Source: Eledone cirrhosa
Taxonomy: Eukaryota
Direction of reading: 5' to 3'
DNA length: 64,000 nucleotides
Assembly: GCA_964016885.1 (NCBI GenBank)
Contig: OZ024740.1
Span: 156,178,001 to 156,242,000 of the forward strand
Below, piece by piece: positions 1-15,659 of the stretch. Below the pieces are notes generated by a model. That model had not been told where the DNA came from, did no database searches, and saw nothing but the letters and a program-made list of their open reading frames with translations. Made by a program: the position numbers and the translations under genes. How positions within the stretch are numbered: position 1 is the stretch's first letter; every line of letters begins with the position of its first letter.

Positions 1-3000
1 TACCCCATCAATCCTGAACCACCCGACGCTTCGAGAGCATCCGTGAAGGGTACCCCCTCTGCTCGAATTCACCCACCTACAGGCGCATGATCAGAGTAGG
101 CCCATTCACACGGGCCATTCTCTCCACATTCACCCACCTTTCAGCAACTGTACTGGGAGGCAGCACTTCTCTCTCCACCCTTACCTTCCTTTCCAAGTGA
201 AACTTGAAAAAGTTGATGAGGGATTGACCGAAGAGAAAGGTGTCTGTCTTCAGTCCTTTCAACCTGGTCTACCATAAACCTCTTTCGTTACTGCCACCAG
301 ACAGAGGAATTTTGCCTAGCCTTCCTGGAAAAAAGAAGGCTGCGCGTCGATCTTCATTATGAACTCGGTCGTTAGCCGGATCCGTTCTACAGGCGACAAC
401 AGCTGTTCGACATAACTCTACAAGTCAGTGATGACGGACACTGGACGAGTGTGTGCAGAACGGTTTCGTCGCTTTGCGCGCATCTCGGGCAGGTCCGTCT
501 GACAGCACTTCCGCGCCTGTAGAGTTTATCTTGAACCAGCAGTGTCCTTTCCAGGAGCCTTTCCGAGTTGGCGAGGCGCGAACGGGGGCAAGGGATGACG
601 GTAAGGCCGTAGTAGATAACGGACGCGATGTACGCGTTCGCCACCTCCGCCCGACCTTTCAGTGATAGCTTCCACGCAACCCATTTATGGGTGAGACTGG
701 CTACCCTGCCCGTCACCTCGTCCAAATTCTTATCCAACTGGAGGTCTGGCTCGAACAAACCCCAAGCAACTTTGCCGGTCCGTCTGTCCAGTGCCCAACG
801 ACGCTGTTGGACGGCATGGACTTGCCTCTCTAGATGCCGAGCTGCAAGCCCACCGACTTTTCCGGGGTAAGTTTTGCTCCCGTCAACCTCTCATATTCCT
901 CCAATAAGTTGCCGACCATCACGGTGATGTCGTCCGCAAAAGCCGACACAGCCTATCCGCGTCCCGGTTCGAGAGGGATGCCCTGCAACAGCTCCAGCTT
1001 CCGCAGTAAAGGCTCGGGAGTCAGTACATACAGAAGGGAGGAGAGAGGGCACCTATGACGGACCGATCGGGAGATCTGAAACGGTTCCGAGAGGTGGCCA
1101 TTAACTTTGACTACTGAGCAGATGTCGCTGTGCATTGCAGCGATCCAGCTTCTGAAGACGGGGCCGAAGCCAGCTGCCTTGAGGACAGCCTCGAGGTACT
1201 AATGGTCGACCCTAACGAATGCTTTCGATTGATCTAAATTGATCAGAGCCCCACCGAAGCCAGGTTTACCCCAACCCTCTCTATGATGAATCACATGAGG
1301 TGGAGGTTGTCGTGTATGGACCTGGTCGGGATTGCGCAAGTTTGCGCCTCCCCAACCAAATCCTCGACGACAAGCGCCAACATCTTCGCTAACACCTTGT
1401 CCAAAATCTTAAACTTTGTGTTGAGCAGAGGTATGAGCCTGAAATTATCAAATGTGTCCCCTCTTGTTCTCGTCTTTCCTTATCACCGTCACTACGCCTC
1501 GGCTCACAGAACTGGGATTACTCCCGTTCTGCTGCCAGTTGCAGTAGAGCGCTTCGAGGAAATCGGAGAACAAGTCTGGCATATTTACGTAAAGCTCGTA
1601 TGGCAGACCATCCAAACCGGGTGACTTGCGCCTCGTGCAGCCGACAAGGGCATCCTGAATCTCGGCTGAAGTTATCGGCCTTTCGCAGCGCTCAGCGTCG
1701 GCCGTCGAGAGTTGCGGCAAGCCATCGAGGTAGGCACTGAATTCCACCACCGTCGCTGACCCGCCACTTCCTCCGACCAACCGAGGAAAATGTTGGCGAA
1801 AGGCCTCATACATCCGCCTGGAATTGCTCAGCTCGTGTCCGTCTCGGTCCGTCAAAGACCGAATTGTGATTTTATTACAACGCTGCGCCTTCGCTACGTG
1901 GGCCCATCGAACAGCTTTGGTTCCCCCGTTTCTCAGAGCACGTACCTTAGCACTACAAATAGCCTCATCTAATTTATCTACCAGCTCCCCATCCTTTCTA
2001 TTTTTCTCTAACGCTACTTCTTTGCTAAACCCCATCGACATTACTCTAGTCTCTCTTTTGTTAGTTCCCCACCATCTGTTGTTGACGACCCTACCCCCGT
2101 CAACTTTTGCTTAACTAAATTGTTGACTCGGTTCCAGTAAGCCTTACATGCCGGAAACGACACGTTCAGCTTCCAGTAACCAGGTCCTAACCTACGTGTC
2201 TTATCTAGATCGACCATACAGATCACAAACTTGTGGTCCTAATAGGCGACCGTGTGTAATTGTGGACACCCTATACTATCTTTATCCACTAATCTAATTA
2301 GAAACCTATCTAATTACGATCTAGATGTCCCTAAACGGTTTGTCCAGGTCCACACTGGTGCATTAGGGAAATCTAGTCGGTACCTGTTGGAAACGGCTGA
2401 TAAGGTACTTGAAGCTTTTGCAGCCCCCGTTCGAGTCCCAGAAGATCGACTTTACCTCGCGATCCAGGCCTTTCCTAAACAGCACTGCTACCCCACCTCC
2501 CATTGTCGGTCGACTAACAGATGCGAAGAGCTGATACTCGTCGAAAATGGGGGCTAGTGCACGCGTGTCGAAAATCCTGGTCTCGCTGACGGCAATTACA
2601 TCCATTTCTCGAGACCTGAGGTCGTTGAGCAGGTGACCCTGCTTCCACGACGACCCCAGGCCACGTGCATTTATGCTGCCTATCCTGAGAGAATCCATGT
2701 TGGCTAAGATAGGAGGAAAACAAGTCAGAGGGTAAAAGTAAAAAAACAAAAACTAAAAAACTGTACTTGTGGCTTTTTTTAGGAAGGGGATGTGAGATCC
2801 TTTCCTCCGACCAGTTGTAGATTTTTCCAAGAAAATATCAGAATATATTCTTTTAGTGAGGTTCTCTCGATAGCCTTCGATTGACGCAGGACACTTTTTC
2901 TTTAATGTGTAATTCTTTTGAGAGATTTCAATTATTTTTATGTGTATGGGAGATGCAATTTTGGTGGTCTGTATGTAGTTTCTTTCTGTGATGTTGGTGT

Positions 3001-3026
3001 GGTGTTGAATGTAATTTAAAAGCACT
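1..3026 (-). mobile_element. Tx1-type non-LTR retrotransposon copy A, 3' part (ORF1 C-terminus, ORF2 EN-RT-Zn finger, 3' UTR); decayed
   Basis: ORF2 starts MDSLRIGSINARG (APE endonuclease, ~2697). Also GPGYWKLN, KSPGLDGLPYE, xADD RT motif (~935), CPRC..ETVLH..C zinc finger and stop at 77. Multiple frameshifts and deletions. Confidence 0.93.
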
Positions 3027-3521
3027 AGCAGAAGAACCGCTCTCGGACGGTTTTCTGCTTGCATGTATAGTGTGCATATTGATATACTCAAATATATATG
3101 CACATAGATATGATACGTAAATTGACAATATGCACACAAACTGAACAAAGACTGTGTTACAATTACTTCTGTAATCAGTAAAGTAATCCACGATACATTA
3201 AAAAGAAGGCGATAATGGAGATGGAAAAGCGATGAAACTGTTGACGGAAAATGTTCATGAATCTTCACTTGAGAATGTCGATGGGAAGCTTCAATCAGTG
3301 AATTTGAAAATAGATGCTGCTGGTATGAATGAATTACATTTACCAATATGAAGAGTTGACCTTCGCTATATTCACATATAGACTTAAGTTTTTGTAGTGT
3401 CCCTTTTCTAGCAGTTAAAAAGAAACTGAAATGCATTTCAACTAAAAGAGAGTGATAGCTGTTTCACATCACTGTATAATTTCTTTATAGACACAGTGGT
3501 CAGCAAACAGACCCCTTTCAT

Positions 3522-6500
3522 TTAATATTTTAATATTTTCTTTTCTTTTTTTGTAACTCGTGATAATGCAACATACATCTGACCATGTGAGAAGAATTGT
3601 GTTGGTAGATATACACCTATCTTTTCAAATGTCTGCCCTTGTGCCTTGTTGCATGTAAGAGCAAAGGCTGGTTTGACAAGACATTGCTTGCGAGTAACGG
3701 TGAAAGGGAACTCAAGTTCTTGAGATACATGTGGTATTCTTGGGATTAGCAACCTTGTTCCAGCATTGGGACTCAAGGCGACTTCAGCTTCAATTACATG
3801 ATTATGTAAACTGATGAAGATGTAGCGTGTACCATTGCAATGCCCGTTTAGAAGATCCAGATTTCTCAGAAGCATGATGCAACTGCCTTTCTTCAGTTGA
3901 AGTATGTGTGTTTGGAAGCCTGATGGGGTAAGTTTGTTAATGAACTCAATTGGATATTGCAGTTCATTATCTACTGTATCAGAGCTTCTGTAGATTATTT
4001 CATGACCAGGGAACTTATTGTCCATGAACTCATTCACCAATCTTGCTGCATCATTTGTTGGAGTGATAATGGCTCTATTTGCAAGCCATAGTGGGTTTGT
4101 GTAGTTTCCTGGAAGATTTGTATACACAAAATCACACAGTCCAGACATATTACCATATTCAAGACAAAGTTCATTTGCCAGAAGAATTGTGAATGCACCT
4201 ACAGTTGGTACAGTTGGGATGTTACCATTTCCCACATCAAGAACGTAGTTTGTAAACTGTCTTTCATCAGAATCCTCTGCATTAATTAACCGTTGATTGG
4301 TTGTCATCTCCATGGTTCCCTTATAGTACCAGAGATAAGATCTCTTATTGGTTGTCTCAACTATTTGTGGTCTAGCACCCTGACGTACAACTGGAATAAT
4401 TTGCTTCCAGTCACCAGATAGTAATACTGTTAGACCACCAAACGACTTTTTCCAATCTCGAACATCTTTGAAGCTCCTGTCAAGGCATTCAAAGATATGC
4501 TTATGTCCCATACCTATCTCATCAATGATTAGCAGGTCAGCTTGCTGCATAAGTTTACTTGTGGCATGCCTATTTGTGAAGAAGTAAGTTGATTCAGCCG
4601 TCACATTGAGAGGAATCTTGCACTTGGAATGAAGAGTTCTACCTTTGTGAAGCAAAGTGGCTGCTATTCCAAGTGCAATTGTTTTTTAGATCGAGGTAAT
4701 CCAATATGATGTTGATGACATAGCTCTTTCCTGTGCCTGCACTTCAATTCAAGCAGAAAATTCTACTTTCATTTTCATTTACAGAGGTGATTACTTTGTG
4801 AAAAATAACCAGTTGCTCAGGATTCAATGTTGGCAGAAGTTCATTTATGTTTGCTTGCAGTTGGTGTGTATTGAACTAAGTTTCTGCCATAAGAACCCTG
4901 TTGATTTCTGGTATGGCAATAATAGCTGGGTCTGGCCGAGGAAGTCCATAGTTGGCATGAATGTCCAAGCCATCATGTTGAAGTCTTTGTTGGATCTTCT
5001 GTAGAACAATCTGCACGGTTTGCATGGACATGACTTGCACATGACGTTCATGCATGATATCCTCTGCAAGACAATTGTTCCATTTCTCACAGAACTGCAG
5101 AGGGTCATTTGGCATGCTGTACAATAAAATGGTGCAGAAGATCTCTCGCAGCTGAGGACCAAGCGTAATGGATGAGGTCTCTTCCATAGCTTTGTATTTT
5201 TATCCATCTTCATCCAACAGACCAAGTTTCCTGCATGCTTCTTGGAATGTTGGAAATTCAACTTCTTCAATTGTCCTCTAATCTTTGTATAAAGTTGACC
5301 CAGCCTTGTGATGTAGGATCATCCTGAGGTAATATAATTCAGATTGATGTCTACTGAGAGATACTGTTGGAATACGCCCAAGAGACTCACTCATAAATTG
5401 TTGATCACCATCCAAATGTCCCTTTTTTCTTCTTTGCCCCTTTTTGTTTGTCCAAGGGAAATATTTAGGAATAGCAATATACAATGTTTTGTGCCAGTGG
5501 GTCTCTAATATTCAGTTGAAAATATTCCGTCAACTTAGTCATTGGCTGTCCCCTAGAAACAATACTTTCTTCCTGCCCTCGCTCATACACGACCATTTGT
5601 TCCCAAGGTAAATGGTAAGGCAACTTTTCAACTGCCGGTTTCCGATGATGTAATGGAAATTTATAGATTCTCCAGAATGCTTCACTGGCTGAGATGTTCC
5701 ATGCGTTGATATAGGTCTCAATCTCATTTTGGGTATGGACACAATTTCCTTGATCATCCTTAATAGTGAAAGTGATCTTGTCTGATCCTTTTGTGATGTA
5801 CTTATATAAGTACTTAACAACCTTGACACTGTGGACAACCTCACAATTGATGTGGCACTGATATCTCAATGAGAGGAAAGGGTTGTATGGAACAATCCAA
5901 TGATCATCAACAGTTGACCTTTAAGTTGGATTGTATGGGTGTGACCACCATGCTGCCTATCCCTTCTTCTATATCCCGGAAAGGAATTTTCGGCAACAAA
6001 TGTGGTTTGTCTGAATGCATTAGGATAACTTTTTGAGCAATAGCGTTGTTGACCCAGCTCTTCCATACATGAGCACATCATATTAGCTTGTCCACGTGGG
6101 CCATGAATGTTGCAGGATATGATGATCTTATGCAGAATTGGATTGGTCTCTTTATCAGGAATCTCACAGTACACTACCTGATCAATGTCATCAGCAGTTT
6201 TGGGCTTGCTATCTTCAGCCATTATCAGCAGAATATGAGCATGAGTGAGGTCTCGTTTCTGCCACTCTATTGGAGCAGAATGAGCCACAACTTTTCCGAG
6301 CACATATTTTTCCAGTATGTCATCCACGAGGCTGTCATACTTGATCTTGAAGACTCTTGCACAAATATCAGGACGGTCTCTAGGTTCTTCACCAGGGTGC
6401 AAAACTATTTTTATTTCATTCCAGTTAGAGTTAGTTGTTACCGCGATGAAATAAGATGGCTTTCCCATGTGTCGAACCACAGTCATCGAATTCTGAAAGC

Positions 6501-7759
6501 ACTCACTGTAGAAGCGTGGGGAACCATAGATTGAAGGAGGAAGAACAATTCTACGGTCTGCATTTACTGAATCTCCTTCAGCCACAGCATCATACAAACT
6601 CTCATACTTTTCGGCTCGTATCATGGTTTGATTGTTGCGGGCCCATTTGAGGCGACAATGTTCTATTTTTGCCTGGGCATCTACAGTATATTGCTGCTTC
6701 AGCCGCCTGTTCTCCATGAAACCGATAACAGTAGAAATCAGTGGGTGTGAGTGTATGGTTGTTGTCAATCTTTTTCAAACCAACCTGAAACCCATCATTC
6801 CCCCAAGGAAACAGTAGCACATAATGCAGAGGATCATTAGAACTGTGCAACTGATGAATTCTCTGAAGACCATCTCTTTTATGAATGACGACACCCAAGA
6901 GACCTAATGCTGTATCAGGTTGAATAATAGCAATCGCAGATTGTGCGACAAAATCAGTGGGTTTTACTTTGTCAGCATGTAGGACAATATTCACATTTTC
7001 AGAGATTGGCATTTCAATGACTGCTTTAAAGCTTCTTATATAAGTGTTGCAGTAGTGCAAGTCTTGTTGCAGGTCCTGCAGGGCAGCAGCATCTAAATTA
7101 GCATGATGCAAGTGATTCTGAAGCTCATGATCTGTTTCATAGAAGTAAAGCTTCGCAAACTTGGGTGAAGTTGGAAGTAGTGATCCAATAATAAGACAAA
7201 TCTTACCTTGGATCTTAAATGTGGAACTAAATCCTGGTGCTTTAATCTCTTTGCAACTAATTGAAGCTAAGGCAAGCACATTGTTATATGCACGTATCTT
7301 AAGGACAAAAGAATTTCCTGCTTGTGTGATATCGAAATATTTCAGTATATTTGATGGAGGAGGAGGAAGTTGAGGGAGTTTCACTTTTCCCTGGAAGCAG
7401 CACAGAGATGTGGGCTCATGTGGCCAGCGATAAGCTTTGCAGTGCGGTCAAACAGAGGCAAAGAGACTCCCTGCATTATGTTGTGGCATTATGGAAAGAA
7501 CAGTTTTCTCATGGCAAGGTTCATGCGTAGGATTCTTTGCCAGACCTTCAATTGACCTGTTCCTTCCTCTCTGAACGTTTGGTGTATTTGTTGCAAGTTG
7601 TTGTTGGTGTGTTAACTGAATTACATTTGTAGAAATTTGTTGGGATGTTGTAGAGCGATTATTGTTTGATTGATTTGCCCTCTTCTCTCTTTGTCGTTGT
7701 GCGTTTGCTGCCATTCGTTGGGATTTAGATGAGAAATATTTTCTGCGTCCCATATTCAC
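3522..7759 (-). pseudogene. Helitron RepHel (Zn finger, HUH Rep, PIF1-family helicase); frameshifted
   Basis: PHCKAYRW..CC..GKV zinc finger, EWQKRDLTHAHILL (HUH motif), KYLYKYITKG (catalytic Tyr), IIDE, GDWKQI, MLLRNL..GHCNGTR, KAQGQT, HGQMYVALSRV. Confidence 0.95.
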
Positions 7760-8140
7760 TTTCTGTTATGTATGTATAAATATATGTTATCTCTACGGTG
7801 AAATGTTAAAACAAAAAAAAAAAAAACAAAAAAAAATAACAAAAAACAACAACAACAACAACCACAACAAATATGTATAGATAGCTGACTCGGAGAAAAG
7901 AAATCTTTGAAATAAATATATGTTTGAAATAAATGAGAGACGAGATATTATAAACGTTATGAAAGAACGATAGAAATATATGAACGTTTATATATATATA
8001 ATGATATAGATTTTGCGTGATTATATTTATACATATAAATGTATGATCGTCTGCTATTTCATACATCAGACATAGAGAGAGAGTAGTATGAGGTAGTCAT
8101 AACAATAGTGGTAGCAGCAAAATGCGTATGAAAATAATAT

Positions 8141-9301
<1,161 letters not shown>

Positions 9302-9481
9302 GTATCTCTCTCTTCATATACTCACACACAATCTCTCTCACTTTCTTTCTCGCTCTAGCAATTGTATAAAATCAAAGAACAACAACATACACACACGCAT
9401 ACACATACACATCAGCGTGTTGAAAAAATCCAAATCGCTTCATCTTTCTCTTTCACTCTACCTCTCTCTATATAGTTTAGA

Positions 9482-9627
9482 CTAGCAGAATGGCCCGGCG
9501 TTGCTCGGGATTTGCTCTAGGGTTCTTATATATTTGATACATATTTATCCTTATCGAGCCTCGTGAAATAAATACGTTTGTTTATATTTTGTAATTGTGT
9601 ATGCAAAAATATCTGTACACGAATATA

Positions 9628-9696
<69 letters not shown>

Positions 9697-10130
9697 ACAG
9701 ATTAAAGTTTAAGCAAAGAATCGTTGCTTTCACCCTTAACGGGATCTTCTGAAACTAAAAAATCAATCTGTGAACGCAGAAGTAAATATTTCGAAAAACG
9801 TTACACACTATATATACTGATATACACACACATAGTGAAGTCATAATGTCGTAATGCAGACAGCCAGACATACAGACAGATATTATAAGGGCGCAACGTT
9901 ATATCTATGTATCTATCTAAAAAGAAAGACTAAGAATTATAGAGCGAGATTGCTAAATCGCCTAATGCGGTACCTAGGGCATTGCAAATTTGAAATAGTT
10001 TTTGCTCGAAACACTCACATGACCATAAGTATTACATGTGTAAAGTTTGAAAACAATCGGTTGGGTGGTTCTCGAGTTTTAGTGAGTTGACAGACATACA
10101 GACAGACATTCTCTGTTTTTGATATATAGA
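9482..10130 (-). mobile_element. Non-autonomous Helitron
   Basis: Minus strand begins A|TCTATATATC...(GTCT)n and ends cccgagcaacgccggg hairpin ...CTAG|T; A|T insertion site without TSD. Confidence 0.8.
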
Positions 10131-10303
10131 TGTACCGGAAGTATTGAAATTGGAATCTTTTAAAAGAAGTGAATCTTTAAATAAGCAATACAATTATTTA
10201 TATTTAATCAAAAGTTATGAAATTTAGTAGTCAAATTCTGTATTATTCATTCATTATTTTTTCAAAATAATCCAACTTATTTTACTTATCTAGACGCAGT
10301 TCC

Positions 10304-12135
10304 GCACTCCATTCTTTATTATAGTTAAGATTGTGTTTTTTGTGTCAAAAACTGTGTATTGTGTCTACTTTTAGGATGCTGGTGCTTTCTGTGTTTGCTG
10401 TGGTGTTGCTGGAGGTGACGATGGGTTAGATGATAATGTTGGCGGTGGTGGTGATGGTGTAGGTGGTTGTTGGAATGTGGCTGTTGATGGTGATGGCGGT
10501 GGAGTCGTTGGCTTTTTCATTTTTTTTGTTTGTTTTCCAGCTCTTTTTTTTTTGGAGGGCGAAGGTAAGGAGTTCTTTCTTTTTTTTCTTCGCTGCGATG
10601 GTTTTTTCCACCTTTCAACATCATCACACTCCCTCTCCGATTTAGCTATATCGGGAAGGGGCATGCTCTCCATTGTTCTTGTTGGTGCTGTAGTTGGTGG
10701 AGGAGATGGTGTTTTTGTCGTTGGTGCTGGTAATTTTTCTGCCACTGCGGCCTCGAGTCGTTCGGCCACTCCAGCCGCGGGACACAGCGTAAGGAGAAGG
10801 GGGAGCGCGTGCCCGCCTTGGTGAGATTGCGGCAGAAGATCTTAAGATCCTGTCACTGCACCTGTGACACCTTGGGCGCCTACCTTCGACAGTCACAGGT
10901 AGATGGCTACCGTCGTCCAGGTCGATCACATCGGTGATGGTCTCTATGCTCTCGTGGTCTGCTTGGATGATTAGTTCCATCCCCGAGCCTGACCAGTTTT
11001 CCGCATGACGTCTGTGATTGTTGTCGACTCCTCGACGTCAGTGAGGATGGCCGCCATCAGCCAAGCGATCTTCACTGAGGGCGGAACCTGGGTCACTCGG
11101 ACCCTCGTGACTCTCTGGCCTCAGTATGTGGACACCGTCACTATTTCGTCACTGCGGAGTGGCGTAATGTAGTGTGCTCTGTCTTCGGGTGTAGCGAAGA
11201 GAACATCCACCTGTGCCATACTTCGATCCTCGGGCTATGTAGGTTTTCTGTGCCCAGACGGCAACCATAACCCTTTGGACCTGCGACTCGGTCGCTCGTT
11301 CCACTCGGCGCGATTTCAGTCCAATTGTGCTGTAGGAAACCGAACACAAACGCCGGTTTTTCATGAAGTCGGGTGGATGAGTAAGACTTACTCTGTGTCC
11401 GGTTTTTTTTACCAACACCTTGGCCTACCTCATCTCCGTGTCACTGATGTTACAGGTTCGACAGTTTTGGTAGCCTTTGCGAATGATGTAGCTTGGGCTG
11501 CTCCTGTTTGCTGTGTCGATTCGTCGTTACTTTTATTTTTGTTGTTGTTGTTGTTGGTGGTAGTCTTGTTAGTTTTTTTCTTCTGTGTTGCTGCTGTTAC
11601 AATTGTTGTTTGGGTTTTTTCGGCTGTTGTTGTTGTTGTTAAGATGGTGGTGGCGCTGGTGCTAGTGTTGTCTTTGTAATTGATGTAGTTGATTTTTCTA
11701 GCGACGGGAAATTATCGAAATAATCTGGCGCTGTGTTGCTGCTGATAATATTAAAGTCGTTACTGCTGGCGCTGCTGTTTCTACTGTTGTTGTCACTGCT
11801 ACTGCCACTGTTGCTGCTGCTGCTTCTGTTGTTGTTGCTTCTGTCATGTGATTGGACGAAATCGGCTGATCCATTTCCTGAACAACCCGCTGTTCTTACC
11901 TGCGGACAATTTTTCCCGTCCACCATGTTTTTTTTTCAAAACGAAATTGAGGGGGTGTGATTGTAAATAAACACAAATTCAGCCCTTAAGGGCGACAGAT
12001 ACAGTTAAAAAACCCATCTCCACTGAAAGAGGGTTTCTTCAGCTACACAACAATGTATAATATTCTGTATGAAAATTTCATTAACACATAAAAAATCAAC
12101 TGACTTACTGGTCGTAGCTACACACGTCTGGAGAG
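10304..12135 (-). mobile_element. Tx1 copy A, 5' part (5' UTR and ORF1)
   Basis: ORF1 motifs shared with other copies (RRVERATESQVQ, VEGRRPRCHRC knuckle, Pro/Thr-rich tail). Rejoins the ORF1 C-terminus at 3026 once the insertion is removed. Confidence 0.85.
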
Positions 12136-12151
12136 ATAACAATAACAATTA

Positions 12152-15100
12152 TAATAATAGTTTCTTTATTGGCCACAAAGGCTAACACGAAGAAAAACAT
12201 TACAGACGGCACAATGGTACAGGACGATACAATACTAATTGGGTTTTGACCCATGAAAAAAAAAAGGTTATAACAAAAATCATAGAAATGTGTATAAACA
12301 AATTAAAAAATTCAAACAACAAAAATTCCCCAAAAAGGGGGAAACCTCCGAGGGTCACTCGTGGCGAAAACCACACAAAAGACCTCGACTACCCTGATCA
12401 CCAGAGCAAGCACTCTCTCTCACTTTTCCCACTCCTCAGTCTACAGGCGCATACTCAGAGCGGGCCCGTTCACTCGGACCAGACTCTCCACTTTCACCCA
12501 CTTTTCAACAAACTTACTAGAAGACAGCACATGCCTCTCCACCCTGATTTTCCTCTTCAAGTGAAACTTGAAAAAGTTAATCAGGGATTGGCCGGAGAGG
12601 AAAGTCTTCGTCTTTAATCCTTTCAATCTTGTTCACCACACAATCTCTTTCGCCATGGCTACCAGGCAGATGAAAACTGCTTGCCCTTCCTTCTCCTTAA
12701 AGGAGGGTGGTGGACCTATCTGCACAATGGACTCAGTCGATAACCGGATCCGTCCTACTCGCAACAGCAACTGTTCAACATAACAATGCTCGGAGACTGA
12801 ACGAGTGCGTTCACGACGATTTCGTCGCCCTGCGCACATCTGGGACAGGCTCGGCTGACAGCACTTCCGTGTCTGTAGAGCTTATCTCGAACCGGCAACG
12901 CTCCTCGGTACATTCGGGAAATCCAGACGGTATCTGTCAGTTCAAAACGTCTAAGCAGGTTTGTGAGGTCTTTACATCCTTCTCCCCTATCTACTATCCC
13001 CACATAATCCCAGCGTGCATCTAAGATACCGTTCCAGTCGCCCACTAACATTAAAGAGCGGGACGTTCCCAGAAAATTCTCTAGACGTCTTAAGAAATCT
13101 GGCCGACCTGCCCCTGTTGGGGCGTAGATGGCTACTAGCCTGAAAGCATTGCCTTCGCTGCCGGTCACGTCCAGCACCGCCAACTTAGCTTCTGGGTCCA
13201 GGAAGATGGCCCGTATAGCGAGATCGAAGCCTCTCCGAAAAAGCACAGCAACTCTGCCTCCCGCTCCCGTACGGCTGGGAGATGCGGTATACATCATAGC
13301 CGCCGAAGATCGGTGCAAAAGCTCGTGCTTCGGAAATGCTGGTCTCGCTGATGGCTACCACATCTATGTTTAGTGACCTGAGGTCGTTAAGCAGGCGGCC
13401 TTGTTAACAAGATGACCACAGGCCACGTACATTTACACTGCCTATTCTAAGTAAGGCCATGTTGGATGAGGAACGGTGTAAGTGAGAACCGATCACTTAC
13501 CTTGATCGTGTGGAAAAGGGACCGTCGAACCGTCCCTTCGTCCGGTCATGGGTGTCTCCAAGATAATATTCGTGTATATCCTCTTGGTAAGCGACCATCT
13601 GAAGTCCCCAACTGCGTTGGGGAATTTTTGTTTGAACTGTTTGTATTGTTCCAGTTTGAGCTCAACGATTTTTATGTTTTTCGGTAATGTTCTTGGTGTT
13701 GGTGGGGTGTAGTAATTGTTGTCTGTAATGTCTGAGAGTTGCTTTATATGTTCCATGAGTTCTTTATTTGCAATGTTTATGGCTGTGTAATTTTTGGGGT
13801 GGGGTTTGGTTTTGTTGCTGCTGTTGGGTGTGTGTGCCTTGTTGTGTTTGCGATGTTTGTGTTTGTGGTGATGCTGGTGGTGGTGTGATTGTTGTTGGTG
13901 GTGATGCTTGTGGTGGTGGTGGTGTTGCTGTAAGTCGCCTTGAAGCCTTTACACCTGTTTGTTTGCCCTCGCTTTTGGAGTGCGAAGCTAAGGGGTCTTC
14001 CTTTTCTTTTTATAGCAGACCTTTTGCCACTCCACTCCTGCTTCACACTCCATGTCGGATTCCGTGGGGTCTGGGAGGGGTATGAGCTCCAAGGCTGTTG
14101 GTGGTGGTAGTGGAGCCCACTCCGGCGATTTTGTCGCCGGTGTAGCTACTGCGACTGTTGGTGTTGCCGCCACTGCTGCCGCTGTTTTAGTTGTCCGTGA
14201 CCTTGGTATGGGTGCCACGGACGTTGAAGAGTTGTACTCCTTCTTCGAGGTCTATAATGTCCGGGATTGCCTCGATACACAACTGGTTTGTTTTGATTAG
14301 CATTTGCATTCCAATACCTGACCAGTTCTCCCGCTCTATCCTCTGCACTTGCAGCGTGGTCATCCTTTCCTCGATTCCGGCGAGGACAGACGCGGCCAGC
14401 CAAGGTATGGGCACGTTGGGCGGGACCTGGGTCACTTTGACCTTCACAATCTTCTGTCCGCAGTAGGAGGGTACCAACACTATCTCCTCACTCTTTAGGG
14501 TTACCAAGGAGTGAGACTTCGCCTCTTGCAGCGTGGCAAAAAGCACGTCCACAGTGGCATACGTATAGCCTCGGATGATGTGGGTTTTATGTGCCCACAC
14601 GTATCGCAAGGCCTTTTGAATTTGAGCCTCCGCTGCTCTCTCCACCCGATGTGATTTTTTGCTTATCATACGATACGTCACCGTAAGCAGCTGTTGGTCT
14701 TTGAAAAAAATCGGGTGGAGGTTTCAGGGAGATTCGATTGGCTTTTCTAGTCACCATGGCCCTTGCGACCACCATCTTTACATTCCGGACCACCCCCGCA
14801 AAAGAAATGGTCCCTTTTTCAGCGGCACCTTTGTTGCTGCCGCTACTGCTGCTACTGGTCTTGTTGGTGGTGCTGTTGCTACTGCTACTACTGATGTTGT
14901 TGGTGTTGCTGCTGATGCTGCTACTGCTGCTGATGCTGCTACTGCTGCTGGTCTTGTTGTTGGTGCTGTTGCTGCTGCTACCGCAGCTACTGCTGTTCTT
15001 GCTGTTGCTGTTATTGTTTTCAGAATTTTGGCTGTTCCACTCTATGGACAGCTAGCCATTCTGTTTAGCGGTGGTGGTATTGTTGTTATCATTTATGTTG

Positions 15101-15620
15101 TTGCTGTCGTGTGTGTTCATTTTGTTTTTAGTTTCCGTTGTTTCAGTGGTGGTGGTGGTGGTGGTGATGTTGTGTGTGATGTTGACCGCGCCTACCGTCG
15201 TTGTGGTAGGGGTGGAGGCATTCAGCATAGTAAACATTGCAAAGCTGGAAAGTCCGCTTTGTTTTCACGAAATAAATTTGGGTCGCTGCTGCTGCTGCTA
15301 CTGCTGTTCTTGATGTTGCTGTTATTGTTTTCAGAATTTTGGCACTTCCACTCTATGGACAGTCCGCCATTCTGTTTAGCGGACGCAATATTTTTGTCCA
15401 TCATTTTAATCTTCGTAGAAAATTGAGGGGCGTGTTTCAAAAACAAACACAGATTTGGCCCCTAAGGGCTTCAAGTGGAGCAAAAAGAACCATCTCACAA
15501 GGATACTGGCTTACTTAGTTACAAAACAATATCAACATTTCAATGCAAAAGGTTGAATAGCAGTAAAAATAGAACAAACTTACAGGAGCGAAGTGAACCA
15601 CGTCTTGAAAGACTGAACCA
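12152..15620 (-). mobile_element. Tx1 copy B: both ends present, ORF2 internally deleted (EN joined to C-terminal Zn finger)
   Basis: 3' end gcctttgtggccAATAAAgaaac(TAT)n at 12152-12185. ORF2 ATG at 13460; EN motifs LVAIYAP and VGDWN join YRGALPVRDKL at ~12905. ORF1 remnants at 13493-15400. Confidence 0.92.
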
Positions 15621-15659
15621 TGATAATAATAATAAGAAGAAGAACTTGTTAAAGAAACA

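Noticed and set aside
2753-3436. 227-aa ORF as a gene
   Set aside because: Chance read-through from the Helitron 3' UTR into the Tx1 ORF1 C-terminus.
14659-15426. Hydrophobic poly-Leu/Val/Ala 'membrane protein' ORFs (also 11.3-11.9, 28-29.5 and 33-34.4 kb)
   Set aside because: Antisense readings of AAC/AGC-rich Tx1 ORF1 tracts.
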